Shown here in pieces: positions 13,490 through 27,008 of a stretch of DNA of 64,000 nt; the stretch's first letter is position 1, and each line of letters opens with the position of its first letter. Source of the DNA: Octopus vulgaris (taxonomy: Eukaryota); the NCBI GenBank assembly GCA_951406725.2, contig OX597814.1, forward strand, positions 35,650,001-35,714,000. The letters are read 5' to 3'. The position numbers and the translations under genes are program-made. The notes under the pieces are model-generated. The model saw only the letters and a program-made list of their open reading frames with translations. It was not told the DNA's origin and searched no databases.

Positions 13490-13790
13490 AGGAGAAAAAT
13501 AGGAAAAGTAGAAAAGGTAGTCAATCGCTCAAGATGTCATTAAGTAATTTATATCCTCATATCTCCTACACATGTTTTGATGGATGAATATGTCCGACAG
13601 GATGAATAATGGTCAGCTATGCATAAATCTCTCCGGGGAGGATATAAATAACCGTGCTCATCAAATAGCTGACCATTATTCATTCTCTTGGATGTATTTT
13701 GGATGCATCCATCGAAACGTGTAGGTGATATGAAGATTATAAATTATGTAATAACATCTTGAACGTTTGTCTCCTTTTTCTATTTTTCCT
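13490..13790. repeat. Imperfect long inverted repeat
   Basis: gaataatggtcagctat/atagctgaccattattc core; outer arms aggaaaagtagaaaagg...gatggatg / catccatc...cctttttctatttttcct. One arm recurs at ~16025-16070. Confidence 0.7.
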
Positions 13791-14000
13791 ATATATATAA
13801 ATATATATATAACCCTCCTTCTTCCCTTCTTTCCTGAGCGTCCAATAATACTATATTTGTTCCACGTCTTCGCGTTGTTGTGTTTTTTTTGTGTTTTCTT
13901 GTTTGGATTAACTATATATATATATATACATACATATATATATATATACATATATATATATACATATATACATATATATATATGTATATATATATATACA

Positions 14001-14062
<62 letters not shown>

Positions 14063-14391
14063 ATGCATGTTTCCATCCATGCCAGCATGGCAGGCAGATG
14101 TTAAACGATGATGATTATGATGTGTCTGTGTGTATCTCATTGTTGTCTTGATGCTTCCAAAAAATGAGCATCACCATCGTATTCGTGATGTTTCTCATTT
14201 CCACTCATCTGTGAAAAACTTGTCTGGCCATGGGAAGATATTACTTTGCTTGGAAACTGCTGAGGATTGGTAAAAGGAAGGGATTCATGCCATAGAAAAT
14301 CTGCCTGATTTGGAATTGTAGTCTTCTGGTACCTCATGAAATTGGTTTTAAAAATAAACAGAAATAGAAAGAAAGAAAAATATATATATAG

Positions 14392-14745
14392 TCCCGGGTT
14401 TAGTCCCACAGTGTCTTCTACTATAGCCTTAGGCCAATCAAAGCCTTGTGAGCATATTTGGTAGATGGAAACTGAAAGAAGCCTCTTGTATATGCATGTG
14501 CATGTGTGTATGTGTGTGTATGTTTTTTGTGTCTGTTTGCTCCCACTACCACTTAACAACCAGTTCTGGTGTGTTTACACACGTCCCTGTAACTTAGCAG
14601 TTTGGCAGAAGGAGACTGGTAGAATAAGGACTGGCTTTAAAAAAATGTAAGTACTCGGGTCAATTCATTTGACTAAAAGTTCTTCAAGGCAGTACCCCAG
14701 CTTGGCTGCAATCTAATACTCGAAATGAATAAAAAACAAAAGACA
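14392..14745 (+). mobile_element. SINE family A (diverged, 5'-truncated)
   Basis: Matches the 2590-3012 copy. Confidence 0.7.
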
Positions 14746-14786
14746 GAAAGAAACACCACAAAAATAAACAACTTAGCTGATATTGT

Positions 14787-15178
14787 GGAATGGATGGAAG
14801 CACTCCGTCGGTTACGACGATGAGGGTTCCGCTTGATCCGAATCAACGGAACAGCCTGCTCGTGAAATTAACGTGTAAGTGACTGAGCACTCCACAGACA
14901 CGTGAACCCTTAACGTAGTTCTCGGGGATATTCAGCGTGACACAGAGAGTGACAAGGCCGGCCCTTTGAAATACAGGTACAACAGAAACAGGAAGTAAGA
15001 GTGAGAGAAAGTTGTAGTGAAAGAGTACAGCAGGGATCACCACCATCCCCTGCCGGAGCCTCGTGGTGCTTTAGGTGTTTTTGCTCAATAAACACTCACA
15101 ACGCCCGGTCTGGGAATCAAAACCGTGATCCTATGACCGCGAGTCCGCTGCCCTAACCACTGGGCCATTGCACCTCCA
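14787..15178 (-). mobile_element. tRNA-derived SINE family C with target-site duplication
   Basis: Head tggaggtgcaatggcccagtggttagggcagcggactcgcgg...ggttttgattcccagacc; flanked by ctgatattgt at 14777-14786 and 15179-15188. Confidence 0.9.
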
Positions 15179-15500
15179 CTGATATTGTATAAGTCCTTAA
15201 ACACTGAAATGGTATATGTTTTGGTATTTGTGATACTTATGACAGACTTAGCAAAATGGATTACCTGTGTTAGTATTGGTAGAATGAATGAGTCATAAAA
15301 TCTTTGTAAACAACGAGAACCTGTTTGTGCTTTTTTTTTTTCTTTTTGAGGAAAAGACATAAATGAATCAGCTAATTGCATATTGGTTAAGGAAGGAAAA
15401 TAGAATATCATCATCTTCATCATCATCATCGTTTAACATCTGCCTGCCATGCTGGCATGGGAGGGAACATGTATATACATACATAAATATATATATAGGA

Positions 15501-16010
15501 GTGGAGGTGCAATGACCCAGTGGTTAGAGCAGCAGACTTGCAGTTATAGGATCACGGTTTCGATTCCCAGACTGGGCATTGTGAGTGTTTATTGAGCGAA
15601 AACACCTAAAGCTCTACGAGACTCCGGCAGGGGGTGGTGGTGAACCCTGTTGTACTCTTTCACCACAACTTTCTCTCACTCTTTCTTCCTTTTTCTGCTG
15701 TACCTGTATTTCAAAGGGCCAGCTTTGTCACACTCTGTGTCATGCTGAATCTCCCCCGATAACTATGTTAGGGGTACACGTGTCTGTGGAGTGCTCAGCC
15801 ACTTGCACATTAATAAATGAGCTGCAATGTCACTGGTACCAAGCTGTATCGGCCTTTGCCTTTCCCTTGGATAATATTGGTGGCATGGAGAGGGGAGGCC
15901 AGTATGCATGGGCGACTGCTGGTCTTCCATAAACAACCTTGCCTGGACTTGTGCCTCAGAGGGTAACTTTCTGGGTGCAATCCCATAGTCATAAATGACC
16001 GAAGTGGGTC
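15501..16010 (+). mobile_element. SINE family C, alternative 3' tail
   Basis: Same head and body as 14787-15178 but a different sequence after ~15815. Confidence 0.8.
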
Positions 16011-16199
16011 ACAACAACATAAATATAAGAAAATTAGAAAAAGGAGACAAACGTTCAAGATGTTATAAATTACTCAGAAATGCAATTTGCACAAAAAGCT
16101 GAAGTCATGTCAGCGTCAACATAGTTAGCATGGCTGTCTGGATTATAACAGATGTGAGGTTCAAGTTCTAAGGAGTGTTCTATGTACATTTCTTTGCTT

Positions 16200-17482
16200 G
16201 TAGTCATCAAACTTTCAAAAACTTTATAAACACCATTGAAAGGGAGAGACTTTTGGTAAAAGTTCAGTTCAGTGGATATGATGGATAATGTAGTTATGTC
16301 ATGGGGCGAAATGAAATTCTCAGCTTTGAATGGTGATTGGGAAAATATTTGGCCAGACTATGTCAGTGACTTGACAAGTTTTCAACAAGCAGAAAGTCTA
16401 TATTAAATATGGAAATATATTGTAAATGACACTTGTAAATGATATAGTGTCTGACATAGGGGATGATGTAGTTGTGTCCATAGAGAAAATTTATCTAAGT
16501 AAGAGCTGTTAGAACAGAAGCTGAGAATCATCATCATCATCATCATCCTTTAATGTCTGCTTTCCATGCTAGCATGGGTTGGACGATTTGACTCAGGGCT
16601 GGCGAACCAGACGGCTGCACTAAGCTTCAATCTTGATCTGGCAGAGTTTCTACAGCTGGATGCCCTTCCTAATGCCAACCACTCTGAGAGTGTAGTGGGT
16701 GCTTTTACATGCCACCGGCACGGGGCCAGTTAGGCGGTACTGGCAACGACCTCGCTCAAATCTTTTACACATGTCACTGGCACAGGTGCCAGTAAGGCGA
16801 TGCTGGTAACGATCATGCTCGAATGGAGTCTTTTACATGCCACCGGCACAGAGGTCAGATAGCCGCTCTGGCAACGATCACACTCAGATGGTGCTCTTAA
16901 CACCAAATAAGAATATGGAAATTTCACCAACCCTACTTAAACTGTTTACCATGAAGATCTTATAGAGGAAGGTCTGTGAGGTTTTTCTGATAACAACTCA
17001 AACTGTGAATATAGTATAAAAATTACAAAAGAAATATACAAGGAGCTCAGTTCCTCCACTGAGATGTACAAAGAGATGATGCACTATAAACATCAAAGAA
17101 TTTGGTTAAGTTCTTTGCCTCTCAAATATATGTTGATGATGATATAGAAAAGAGTACCTCTCATTCCACCACTACCACCATCCCACACACAGTAGTCAAT
17201 ATTTTTTTGTTGTAAGAATGTACTCAATTATGATATGATTCTTATTTATTCTCTCAAGTTATTTGTCATCAAATGTTTTTCTGCTTACATATTTATATTG
17301 TGTGTGATGTAGTTGTGTTGCTTTTTGTTGTTGTTGTTGTTGTTTTCTGAAAAACATCCGTCAGAACACATTATTACTTTATAACATGGAAATCAATGGG
17401 AAAATTAATTTCACATTATGGGATTTCATGTTGCACTGAGTTTTTCAAAAATGCATTACTTCCATAATGCAAGGGATTCCTG
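16200..17482 (+). mobile_element. Tigger/pogo-like transposon relic, interrupted by a family B SINE
   Basis: ~16250-16390 translates FW*KFSSVDMMDNVVMSWGEMKFSALNGDWENIWPDYVSD, like the Tigger DDE C-terminal region; ends ...gcaagggattcctg followed by TA. Left edge uncertain. Confidence 0.65.
16527..16900 (-). mobile_element. SINE family B
   Basis: (CAT)n tail and family B consensus. Confidence 0.85.
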
Positions 17483-17484
17483 TA

Positions 17485-17545
<61 letters not shown>

Positions 17546-17776
17546 TCACATATATATACACATACATTTATATGCACCTGCACCTGCACACCGACACACA
17601 TGCACCCCTATATCATCAACATCATATATCTTTATATATATATATATCATCATCATCATATATATGAGTGTATATGTTTTTTGTGTGTGTGTCATTATCA
17701 TCATTAAATGACGATGATGACAGTATGTGTGCACACACACACACATTCACATACATGCATATGCACACAACCCACC

Positions 17777-17836
<60 letters not shown>

Positions 17837-18982
17837 TGTGTGTGTTTACATACATATATATGTCTGTGTGTGTATGTATCCATATATATATATATATATG
17901 TGTATATGTATGTATGTTTGTATGTATGAATTATATGAATGAAGAGAAACAACGGGAGACAGAGAAATAAGTTAACAATAAAAGGCAGTAAAAAGAAAAT
18001 GGAAAAAGAGTGAGAGAGACCGATAGTTCTGTAGAAATTCCTTTTAAAATTAAATGATTTTAGCTCCAATCAAAATGTGTGGCACCTTGGGTTATCATCT
18101 ACTACCATAACCCCAAATTCATTGAAGTCTTGTGCCTGCTAGTAGGTAGTCAGAATCTATATGGAATTTCAAGGAATTTGAGTGAAAATGTTCTTTGTAA
18201 ACCTGGCAGATAACTTCTTTTAATACACTCACATATCATGAGATTACTCTGTTGCAAGAATTTGGACTAGTTCTCTGGTCTGAAGGTAACTTGATGTCTT
18301 GAATTAGATACTTCTTGTAGTAGCCGCCTACAGTCTTGGAGGTTCTGCAAAAATGTCACAAGAGCTGACCTTCATCCTATGATTATTCCATAAAAAAAAT
18401 TGTGATGGATTATATATAGTTGTCCATGCTTTGATGAAGATCCCTCCACCACAGTCACTACCTACATTTTCTGTTGATATTGTATTAAGTCTTTTGTTAT
18501 AGCAATGTTGCGTAACTCAGTCTCTCTCTCTCTCTCTCTTCTGTAATGAGAAAATATATTCCATCATATGATAAAAGAAACCTAGAAAAACAAAAACGAA
18601 ACAAAATATACAAAAGTAAACCCACAAAAAATAGGAAATGAATGGAAAGTAAATAGAAATACAAGGGAAATATAATATTTATCATCCAAAATGGTAGAAA
18701 TTACATCAGAGAAACCAATTATAGAGGAAATTGTATCAAAATCTTCACATTTTCCATCTAAATATGTACACAATCATAATAGCCAAACTATAAAGACAAG
18801 TTAGAATACAGCATAGGACATTGACAGGCAAGAAAGTGTAGGGAGTAAATACATAAAGAGTGTACACACGTGTGTCTGTATACATAATATCATAAGTATA
18901 CATACATTCGCACGCTCAAATATATATGCGTGTGTATACACATACTCTTGAACACATACATACGTTTGTATATGTGTGTACA

Positions 18983-19020
<38 letters not shown>

Positions 19021-19364
19021 TACCTGCATACACATTCTCACACATGCGAAGGAAATGACAAAGAATTGCAAGAAATGGCGAGACTGTGTGTTATAGAAAA
19101 ACCCATCTAGCCATAAAAATGATTTGTGTAAACATATATTTTTGTATGTGTATACAGGGATTATGTGTGTTTGAGTGTGTTCGTGTGCATAAGAGTGTGT
19201 GTGTGTGTGCAAAGAGTGATACACGCACACATAGAAAAGAGAAGGCAAAAGAGATAGTGTGAGAGAGAGAGAGAGATACACAGTAATGCTAGAAAATACA
19301 CATTTACATTATTGCATGAGATAATAATGTGAATAAGTACTTGATCCTTAATATGTATATACTA

Positions 19365-19396
19365 TATAATAATAATAATAATAATAATAATAGTAA

Positions 19397-19483
<87 letters not shown>

Positions 19484-19655
19484 TAATAATAGTAATACCA
19501 ATAATAATAATAATAATAATAGTAATAATAATAGTAATACTAATAATAATAATAACAATAATAATAATAGTAATACTAATAATAATAATAATAATAATAA
19601 TAGTAATAATAATAGTAATACTAAAAATAATAATAACAATAATAATAATAATAAT
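19365..19655. repeat. Compound (AAT)n/(ACT)n microsatellite
   Basis: Seen directly; source of the poly-N/T/L/I ORFs. Confidence 0.95.
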
Positions 19656-20467
19656 ACACTGCACTTTGGGCTTGTGTATAATCAATTATTTCTTCAGGTG
19701 TTGCTGTGGTATTTGTCAAAAAAGGTGTTGCTTTTTATGTTACAGCTTTGTATTTTGCTTGCTTGCGGACATACAGTTTAAGTGTTAGGTTTGAGTGTAC
19801 AATAATACCATTGAAGAGAATTGAAGAGCCTTTTATGCCTTAGGGTTTCTTTCTATTCTCTGTTTATTGATGGTTCGTTTTGAAAGTGTTTATCTATTTT
19901 TTTTTTGTTTTTGTTTTCTTTTTTGTTATTTTCCATTATTTAACATTTTCATTCCTGGGTATGCATAGGAATAACCATTGTTCATTAAACACACCCCAAT
20001 TTTTTCAATGAGATTCTGCAGGTAACTGGATTGTTATTATTGTTATTACTGATGTAGTGGTTGTTGTTGTTGTTGAGTTTCTGGAGCGGCAATAGTTACG
20101 TTGGAGTTTTATTGTCGCCTACATCATTCTAGGAATTTGGTTAGAAGAGAAATCTCATTTTTGTTTTTGTTTTGTTTTTACGTATTTGAAAATATCTACT
20201 GATGTTGATATTGTTGGTGGTGCTTAAGCCTAAGGTAATGCCGTTCAAGCAGAAATATGATCAAAAGCATTCTAGTCATGTCCATCCCATTTTGTATTTC
20301 CTAAGCAAAATATCTAAAGACTACATTTTTAATGTGTCATTTTCCTAATATGTGTACACAACACATGCATGTACATGTACATACATACAAAAACACATAC
20401 ACACATAAATACATACATACACACAGACACACAGACATATATATAAATATAAATATATATATATATA

Positions 20468-20685
20468 TCATCATCATCGTTTAATGTCCGCTTTCCCTGC
20501 TAGCATGTGTTGGACGATTTTGACTGAGGGCTGATGAACCAGACGGCTGCACCAGGCTCCAATCTTGATCTGGCAGAGTTTCTACAGCTGGATGCCCATC
20601 CTAACGCCAACCACTCTGAGAGTGTAGTGGGTGCTTTTTTACGTGCCACCGGCACAAGGCCAGTCGGGCGGTACTGGCAATGACA
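20468..20685 (-). mobile_element. SINE family B
   Basis: Family B consensus with (CAT)n. Confidence 0.85.
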
Positions 20686-20738
20686 TAAATTTTTGTATAC
20701 ATTTATGCACATGCAGTATACAATACACACATACACAT

Positions 20739-20904
20739 AGGCGCAGGAGTGGCTGTGTGGTAAGTAGCTTGCTAACCAACCACATGGTTCCGGGTTCAGT
20801 CCCACTGCGTGGCATCTTGGGCAAGTGTCTTCTGCTATAGCCCCGGGCCAACCAATGCCTTGTGAGTGGATTTGGTAGATGGAAACTGAAAGAAGCCTGT
20901 CGTA

Positions 20905-20947
<43 letters not shown>

Positions 20948-21150
20948 ATGTGTGTGTGTGTTTTTCCCCCTAGCATTGCTTGACAACCGATGCTGGTATG
21001 TTTACGTCCCTGTCACTTAGCGGTTCGGCAAAAAGAGACCGATAGAATAAGTACTGGGCTTACAAAGAATAAGTCCCGGGGTCGATTTGCTCGACTAAAG
21101 GTGGTGCTCCAGAATGGCCGCAGTCAAATGACTGAAACAAGTAAAAGAGA
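20739..21150 (+). mobile_element. SINE family A, full length
   Basis: Complete head through the gtaaaagag tail. Confidence 0.9.
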
Positions 21151-21829
21151 GTATATATAGGCCACTGTCTTGTAATGTAGCCCTAGGCTGACCAAAATCG
21201 TGTGAGTAGATTTGGAAGATGGAACCTGAAAGAAGCTCATCCTCATCATCGTCTCACTCCTCTTCATCTTCTTTATTTAATGCCCAGTGTTTCATGCTGG
21301 CATTACTTGGACTGTTTGATTGGATCTGATGGGTCCAAGGACTGCTTTGACACAGTTTCAACAGCTTTTATTAAAAATCTGTGCTTGACAAACAATCCAA
21401 CCTAATGCCTAGTTTAAGAATATATTCCACTTTTATTACCACCCACTTTGTAGATTTTGGTAAAAGAAGTCATGGGTGTGGTGTCTGCTTTCCCTTCCAA
21501 ATTATGTGTGAGAGAGAGAGAGAGAGAGAGAAACTGAGAGAGAGAAGAGGGAAAGTGTGTGTGTAATTGGTAACAAGTAGGTATACGTGTGTGCATTTGT
21601 GTATTTTTATGTTCACACACAAAGGCACAAACAACTCACACATGCATACATTGTCATATTCATGTCTTTTATGTCTCATCTCTACAGCATCAATCCCTAA
21701 CAACTTGGCACTCACCAAACAAAAACCTTCATCATGCCAAGTTCATTGTGCGGAATATTCTCAATTCTCTTACAGGATATGCTAATAGTATCAGCTATTT
21801 GATTTATAGTCAGTTGTCTGTCATTCATC

Positions 21830-22228
21830 ACCATGTGGTGAATGAACACAATGTTTGCCTCGGTGGTGGCAGTTACAGGATGTCCAGACTCTCTGTTGCC
21901 CTCCTACATCCAGCTGCCTACTTTTGCACTGTTGATAAGGTTGTAGCATCATTCCCTAATGTAGCAACCATGTCAGCATGAATGTCCTTGGGGACTAAAC
22001 CATTTTTCTGCAAGTACTTGTTTGATAGTACCATGGTGCCAAATTTTATTAATTTTCAAGAAAAATAACTATTAGTTACATTTGAAGAATTCTTTGAACA
22101 GTCAGACATCACTTTACCTGGAAATAAACAATGCAGTTGTTAATAGGAACAGTTGAAATTAATGCATGCAAGATTTCTCAGTTCTAGCATTACTCCTTGG
22201 CCTATGAACATTTCAGCCCACCCTCATA
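21830..22228 (-). mobile_element. Mariner-derived fragment (TIR plus N-terminal transposase)
   Basis: Reverse-complement homolog of 57010-57330; TIR tgagggtgggctgaaatgttcatagg. Confidence 0.7.
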
Positions 22229-22280
22229 TTTGATATCCAAATTCAAATATACATCCATATACTTAAAAAGATATGGGTAT

Positions 22281-22481
<201 letters not shown>

Positions 22482-22703
22482 TAGTCAATTTAGTGTAGCA
22501 AAAAAATTCAATAGAAATTTATCGCTACCAGCGGCCTAGTGGAAAAGAGAAAATAGTCAACGACTAAATATATAAATATAACAATTTAGGAGTGACCCTA
22601 ACAGGTCATTCGTCCACCAGAAAGAGCAGCCATAACTCACACCGCCAAGTAGTAGTAATTCAGAAATTAGGTGAAAATTTAAAAACATTTACCCTAATTC
22701 ATC

Positions 22704-22801
22704 TTTTAGACGATGCATCGTTTCTGTGTCATTAATGATTAAATTAGCTTAATTAAATTAAATTAAGCTAATCTACCATAGGTTACACTTCATCAGTAAA
22801 A
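22704..22801 (-). ncRNA. Type I hammerhead ribozyme (array copy 1)
   Basis: Reverse complement of 24761-24858. Confidence 0.8.
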
Positions 22802-23177
22802 AACCTGGGAGAGACAAATATACACGAGGCGTCTGTATCGATGCCTACGGAATATCTGTCTTAAAATTTTCAAGACTGACGTATTCGCACCAAACTTATC
22901 AGCAGAAAATATAAACTGCCGATTCAATCTCAGAATTATTCAGAAAATTATCAATTAGTCAATTTAGGGTAGCAAAAAAATTCAATAGAAATTTATCGCT
23001 ACCAGCGGCCTAGTGGAAAAGAGAAAATAGTCAACGACTAAATATATAAATATAACAATTTAGGAGTGACCCTAACAGGTCATTCGTCCACCAGAAAGAG
23101 CAGCCATAACTCACACCGCCAAGTAGTAGTAATTCAGAAATTAGGTGAAAATTTAAAAACATTTACCCTAATTCATC

Positions 23178-23275
23178 TTTTAGACGATGCATCGTTTCTG
23201 TGTCATTAATGATTAAATTAGCTTAATTAAATTAAATTAAGCTAATCTACCATAGGTTACACTTCATCAGTAAAA
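23178..23275 (-). ncRNA. Type I hammerhead ribozyme (array copy 2)
   Basis: Identical to copy 1. Confidence 0.8.
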
Positions 23276-23651
23276 AACCTGGGAGAGACAAATATACACG
23301 AGGCGTCTGTATCGATGCCTACGGAATATCTGTCTTAAAATTTTCAAGACTGACGTATTCGCGCCAAACTTATCAGCAGAAAATATAAACTGCCGATTCA
23401 ATCTCAGAATTATTCAGAAAATTATCAATTAGTCAATTTAGGGTAGCAAAAAAATTCAATAGAAATTTATCGCTACCAGCGGCCTAGTGGAAAAGAGAAA
23501 ATAGTCAACGACTAAATATATAAATATAACAATTTAGGAGTGACCCTAACAGGTCATTCGTCCACCAGAAAGAGCAGCCATAACTCACACCGCCAAGTAG
23601 TAGTAATTCAGAAATTAGGTGAAAATTTAAAAACATTTACCCTAATTCATC

Positions 23652-23749
23652 TTTTAGACGATGCATCGTTTCTGTGTCATTAATGATTAAATTAGCTTAA
23701 TTAAATTAAATTAAGCTAATCTACCATAGGTTACACTTCATCAGTAAAA
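23652..23749 (-). ncRNA. Type I hammerhead ribozyme (array copy 3)
   Basis: Identical to copy 1. Confidence 0.8.
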
Positions 23750-23986
23750 AACCTGGGAGAGACAAATATACACGAGGCGTCTGTATCGATTCAATAGAAA
23801 TTTATCGCTACCAGCGGCCTAGTGGAAAAGAGAAAATAGTCAACGACTAAATATATAAATATAACAATTTAGGAGTGACCCTAACAGGTCATTCGTCCAC
23901 CAGAAAGAGCAGCCATAACTCACACCGCCAAGTAGTAGTAATTCAGAAATTAGGTGAAAATTTAAAAACATTTACCCTAATTCATC

Positions 23987-24084
23987 TTTTAGACGATGCA
24001 TCGTTTCTGTGTCATTAATGATTAAATTAGCTTAATTAAATTAAATTAAGCTAATCTACCATAGGTTACACTTCATCAGTAAAA
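23987..24084 (-). ncRNA. Type I hammerhead ribozyme (array copy 4)
   Basis: Identical to copy 1. Confidence 0.8.
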
Positions 24085-24460
24085 AACCTGGGAGAGACAA
24101 ATATACACGAGGCGTCTGTATCGATGCCTACGGAATATCTGTCTTAAAATTTTCAAGACTGACGTATTCGCGCCAAACTTATCAGCAGAAAATATAAACT
24201 GCCGATTCAATCTCAGAATTATTCAGAAAATTATCAATTAGTCAATTTAGGGTAGCAAAAAAATTCAATAGAAATTTATCGCTACCAGCGGCCTAGTGGA
24301 AAAGAGAAAATAGTCAACGACTAAATATATAAATATAACAATTTAGGAGTGACCCTAACAGGTCATTCGTCCACCAGAAAGAGCAGCCATAACTCACACC
24401 GCCAAGTAGTAGTAATTCAGAAATTAGGTGAAAATTTAAAAACATTTACCCTAATTCATC

Positions 24461-24558
24461 TTTTAGACGATGCATCGTTTCTGTGTCATTAATGATTAAA
24501 TTAGCTTAATTAAATTAAATTAAGCTAATCTACCATAGGTTACACTTCATCAGTAAAA
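24461..24558 (-). ncRNA. Type I hammerhead ribozyme (array copy 5)
   Basis: Identical to copy 1. Confidence 0.8.
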
Positions 24559-24564
24559 ACCTGG

Positions 24565-24980
24565 GATAAATTTCTATTGAATTTTTTTGCTACCCTAAAT
24601 TGACTAATTGATAATTTTCTGAATAATTCTGAGATTGAATCGGCAGTTTATATTTTCTGCTGATAAGTTTGGCGCGAATACGTCAGTCTTGAAAATTTTA
24701 AGACAGATATTCCGTAGGCATCGATACAGACGCCTCGTGTATATTTGTCTCTCCCAGGTTTTTTACTGATGAAGTGTAACCTATGGTAGATTAGCTTAAT
24801 TTAATTTAATTAAGCTAATTTAATCATTAATGACACAGAAACGATGCATCGTCTAAAAGATGAATTAGGGTAAATGTTTTTAAATTTTCACCTAATTTCT
24901 GAATTACTACTACTTGGCGGTGTGAGTTATGGCTGCTCTTTCTGGTGGACGAATGACCTGTTAGGGTCACTCCTAAATTG
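24565..24980 (+). repeat. Inverted partial copy of the 474-bp unit
   Basis: From 24565 (gataaatttctattgaatttttttgc) the sequence is the reverse complement of the unit; it ends at (TA)n. Confidence 0.9.
24761..24858 (+). ncRNA. Type I hammerhead ribozyme (inverted copy)
   Basis: tttta CTGATGA (24766-24772) a gtgt...[attagcttaatt/aattaagctaat hairpin]...acac a GAAAC (24838-24842) gatgcatc GTC (24851-24853) taaaa; helix I tttta/taaaa; 12-nt palindrome acgatgcatcgt. Confidence 0.85.
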
Positions 24981-25019
<39 letters not shown>

Positions 25020-25020
25020 T

Positions 25021-25072
<52 letters not shown>

Positions 25073-25082
25073 AATATAGATA

Positions 25083-25146
<64 letters not shown>

Positions 25147-25180
25147 AATAGGAATAAGCATATATGGTTTGTAATTCCCT

Positions 25181-26173
25181 TTGGTAAGCAGATTAGAACT
25201 AACCTCCCCCCTCATGTTTCGACAAGCCATTGCCAATAACTTCCCCAGAAATTCCAAATATTACTCCACGGTTAACTCGCATAAAGTTAGGCTAGCTTTC
25301 TCCAACACTAAAAACCTCGCCCAGATAGTCGCCTCCCATAATAATAGGCTGCTTACTAAGACCCTATCACCTTTTTCCGGAGGCACAGCTTCTTCCGCTC
25401 CCGGTTTAACGCTCAGTAGGAATAATAATAGTAGTAATAATGATATGAGAGCCAGTACAGTGACTCATAATCTCAGCTCCAACCAGGGATTATATACTAG
25501 GGGTATAGTTATAAATAAGGGTGATGTCATTGACGGTAACAATGGCAGTAGTGAGGTGAGCGCAGCTCGGCTCGCTAGGGTAGAGAGTCCCAATAGCAAC
25601 TCCAGCATCATTTCCGGCAATAGCAGCACCACGGGCACTAGCAATGACAGCACTCTGAGTGATAGTGTAGAATCAGGGGTTATTCCGTTAGTTAATAGTG
25701 ACGTAGTGGAAAATAAAGTAGTAAGCGGCTGCAGTTCTCGCAACAAATATAGTAACAGTAACGCAGTTCTAATTTCAGAAACTAATCCTAATAGAATAAG
25801 GTTCACGTCGGTGAACTCCAAGATCAGAAACGCCGTCTACCAATGTAAGGTTTACACGGACTCAGATGTCTACTCTTATGTCGGGGCCTCATTGTCAAGA
25901 TTGACCTCACGAATCTCCAACCATTACGCAACTTTTCGAGACGTGAATAAATGCCAGACCACGGGACTTAGCAAGCTAATATGGCGATTGAAGAATACGA
26001 ACTCAAGCTACAGGCTGGAATGGTCAATTTTGTCGGTGGCCCTCCCATTTGACAGGGGCAGAAGGAAGTGCAACCTTTGTTTCTCCGAACTCTTCCATAT
26101 ATTGTTCGCCAGAGACCGGATGGTAAACGGACTTTTACAGTCGGCTTTTCGATGCCCCCACTGGCGGCGTTAG
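25181..26173 (+). CDS. Penelope-like polyprotein C-terminus: post-RT region, Ser/Asn-rich linker, GIY-YIG endonuclease (partial)
   Basis: [20 protein letters not shown] (frameshift at the C-run ~25205) [11 protein letters not shown]...[23 protein letters not shown]; nuclease NAVYQCKV...YSYVGAS...SRISNH...LSKLIWRLK...WSIL...CNLCFSE...MVN...RCPH. The listed start codon is not a true start. Confidence 0.85.
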   Translation: MVSRLELTSPLMFRQAIANNFPRNSKYYSTVNSHKVRLAFSNTKNLAQIVASHNNRLLTKTLSPFSGGTASSAPGLTLSRNNNSSNNDMRASTVTHNLSSNQGLYTRGIVINKGDVIDGNNGSSEVSAARLARVESPNSNSSIISGNSSTTGTSNDSTLSDSVESGVIPLVNSDVVENKVVSGCSSRNKYSNSNAVLISETNPNRIRFTSVNSKIRNAVYQCKVYTDSDVYSYVGASLSRLTSRISNHYATFRDVNKCQTTGLSKLIWRLKNTNSSYRLEWSILSVALPFDRGRRKCNLCFSELFHILFARDRMVNGLLQSAFRCPHWRR

Positions 26174-26873
26174 ACTTATCTTGCTTATAAATAACGCTTA
26201 TAAATAATACCTGCACCCGGTTACACTACTTATACGAAAATAGCCCTTGGAAATAAATTCTGAAAAAGCTTTTAAGAGAAATATGATTAACCATTGCAAG
26301 GGGAATTACTCCTGGGAGACGAATGGTGGTTTGTTTTGACGACGGGGGGTTTCTTTGACAAGGCATGATTAGACGATCACACGCTCACATAATAAAAAAA
26401 ATTTTCTACCACCCGACGGATTTTACAGCAGTGACCATTGTGTAGGGCTGTTTACCAACTGACGGCCGCATGATCAAACGCACATACGAACACATAAAAA
26501 ATTTTTCTACCCCCTGACGGATTTCTCAGCAGCGACCAGAGTGTAGCGCTTCTTACCAACTTGCGGCGCGCGCATATATAGAACAGTACACACACACATG
26601 TTTCTAAGTAGATTTTGACTCGCCCCATATAATACACCTAATATTCTTTAAATAGTCAGATCTTTAGTCTCGGTCACAAAGAACATCTAAGCACCCCGTG
26701 CTCCCACCCACCGAATGACCGCTGCCTGACCCGTTAAAACCTTCAACGCACCCACCACCAGTTTTCAACATACATTGATAAACAGTTTGGCCATGGGCTC
26801 TTAGGAGCCTCGTTCGATTTGTTTTGCTCCGCCTCTGTTCTGGTTTTGTTTTTTCCAACGGATTTCCTATTTC

Positions 26874-26953
26874 TTCCTGAAGAGAAAGACACAATATGGT
26901 CTCCTTATTCAATCGGAATTTGGGAAATTGTGCCTTTCGAAACACGTGTAGAA
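26874..26953 (+). ncRNA. Type I hammerhead ribozyme in the 3' end of the Penelope-like element
   Basis: ttc CTGAAGA gaaagacacaat...attgtgcctttc GAAAC acgt GTA gaa; helix II pairs at 11 of 12 positions; palindrome acacgtgt. Confidence 0.85.
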
Positions 26954-27008
26954 TGCAATAAAACGATTTCTGTTCAATCTTCGTTCAACTCCATTTCTTC
27001 AATTCACT

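Noticed and set aside
19304-19781. Poly-Asn/Thr/Leu/Ile ORFs
   Set aside because: Trinucleotide microsatellite.
24657-24690. Second hammerhead in the 474-bp unit (CTGATAA...GAATACGTC)
   Set aside because: Both core boxes deviate from consensus and the helices are marginal.
25465-25821. 118-aa minus-strand ORF
   Set aside because: Antisense shadow of the Ser/Asn-rich Penelope linker.
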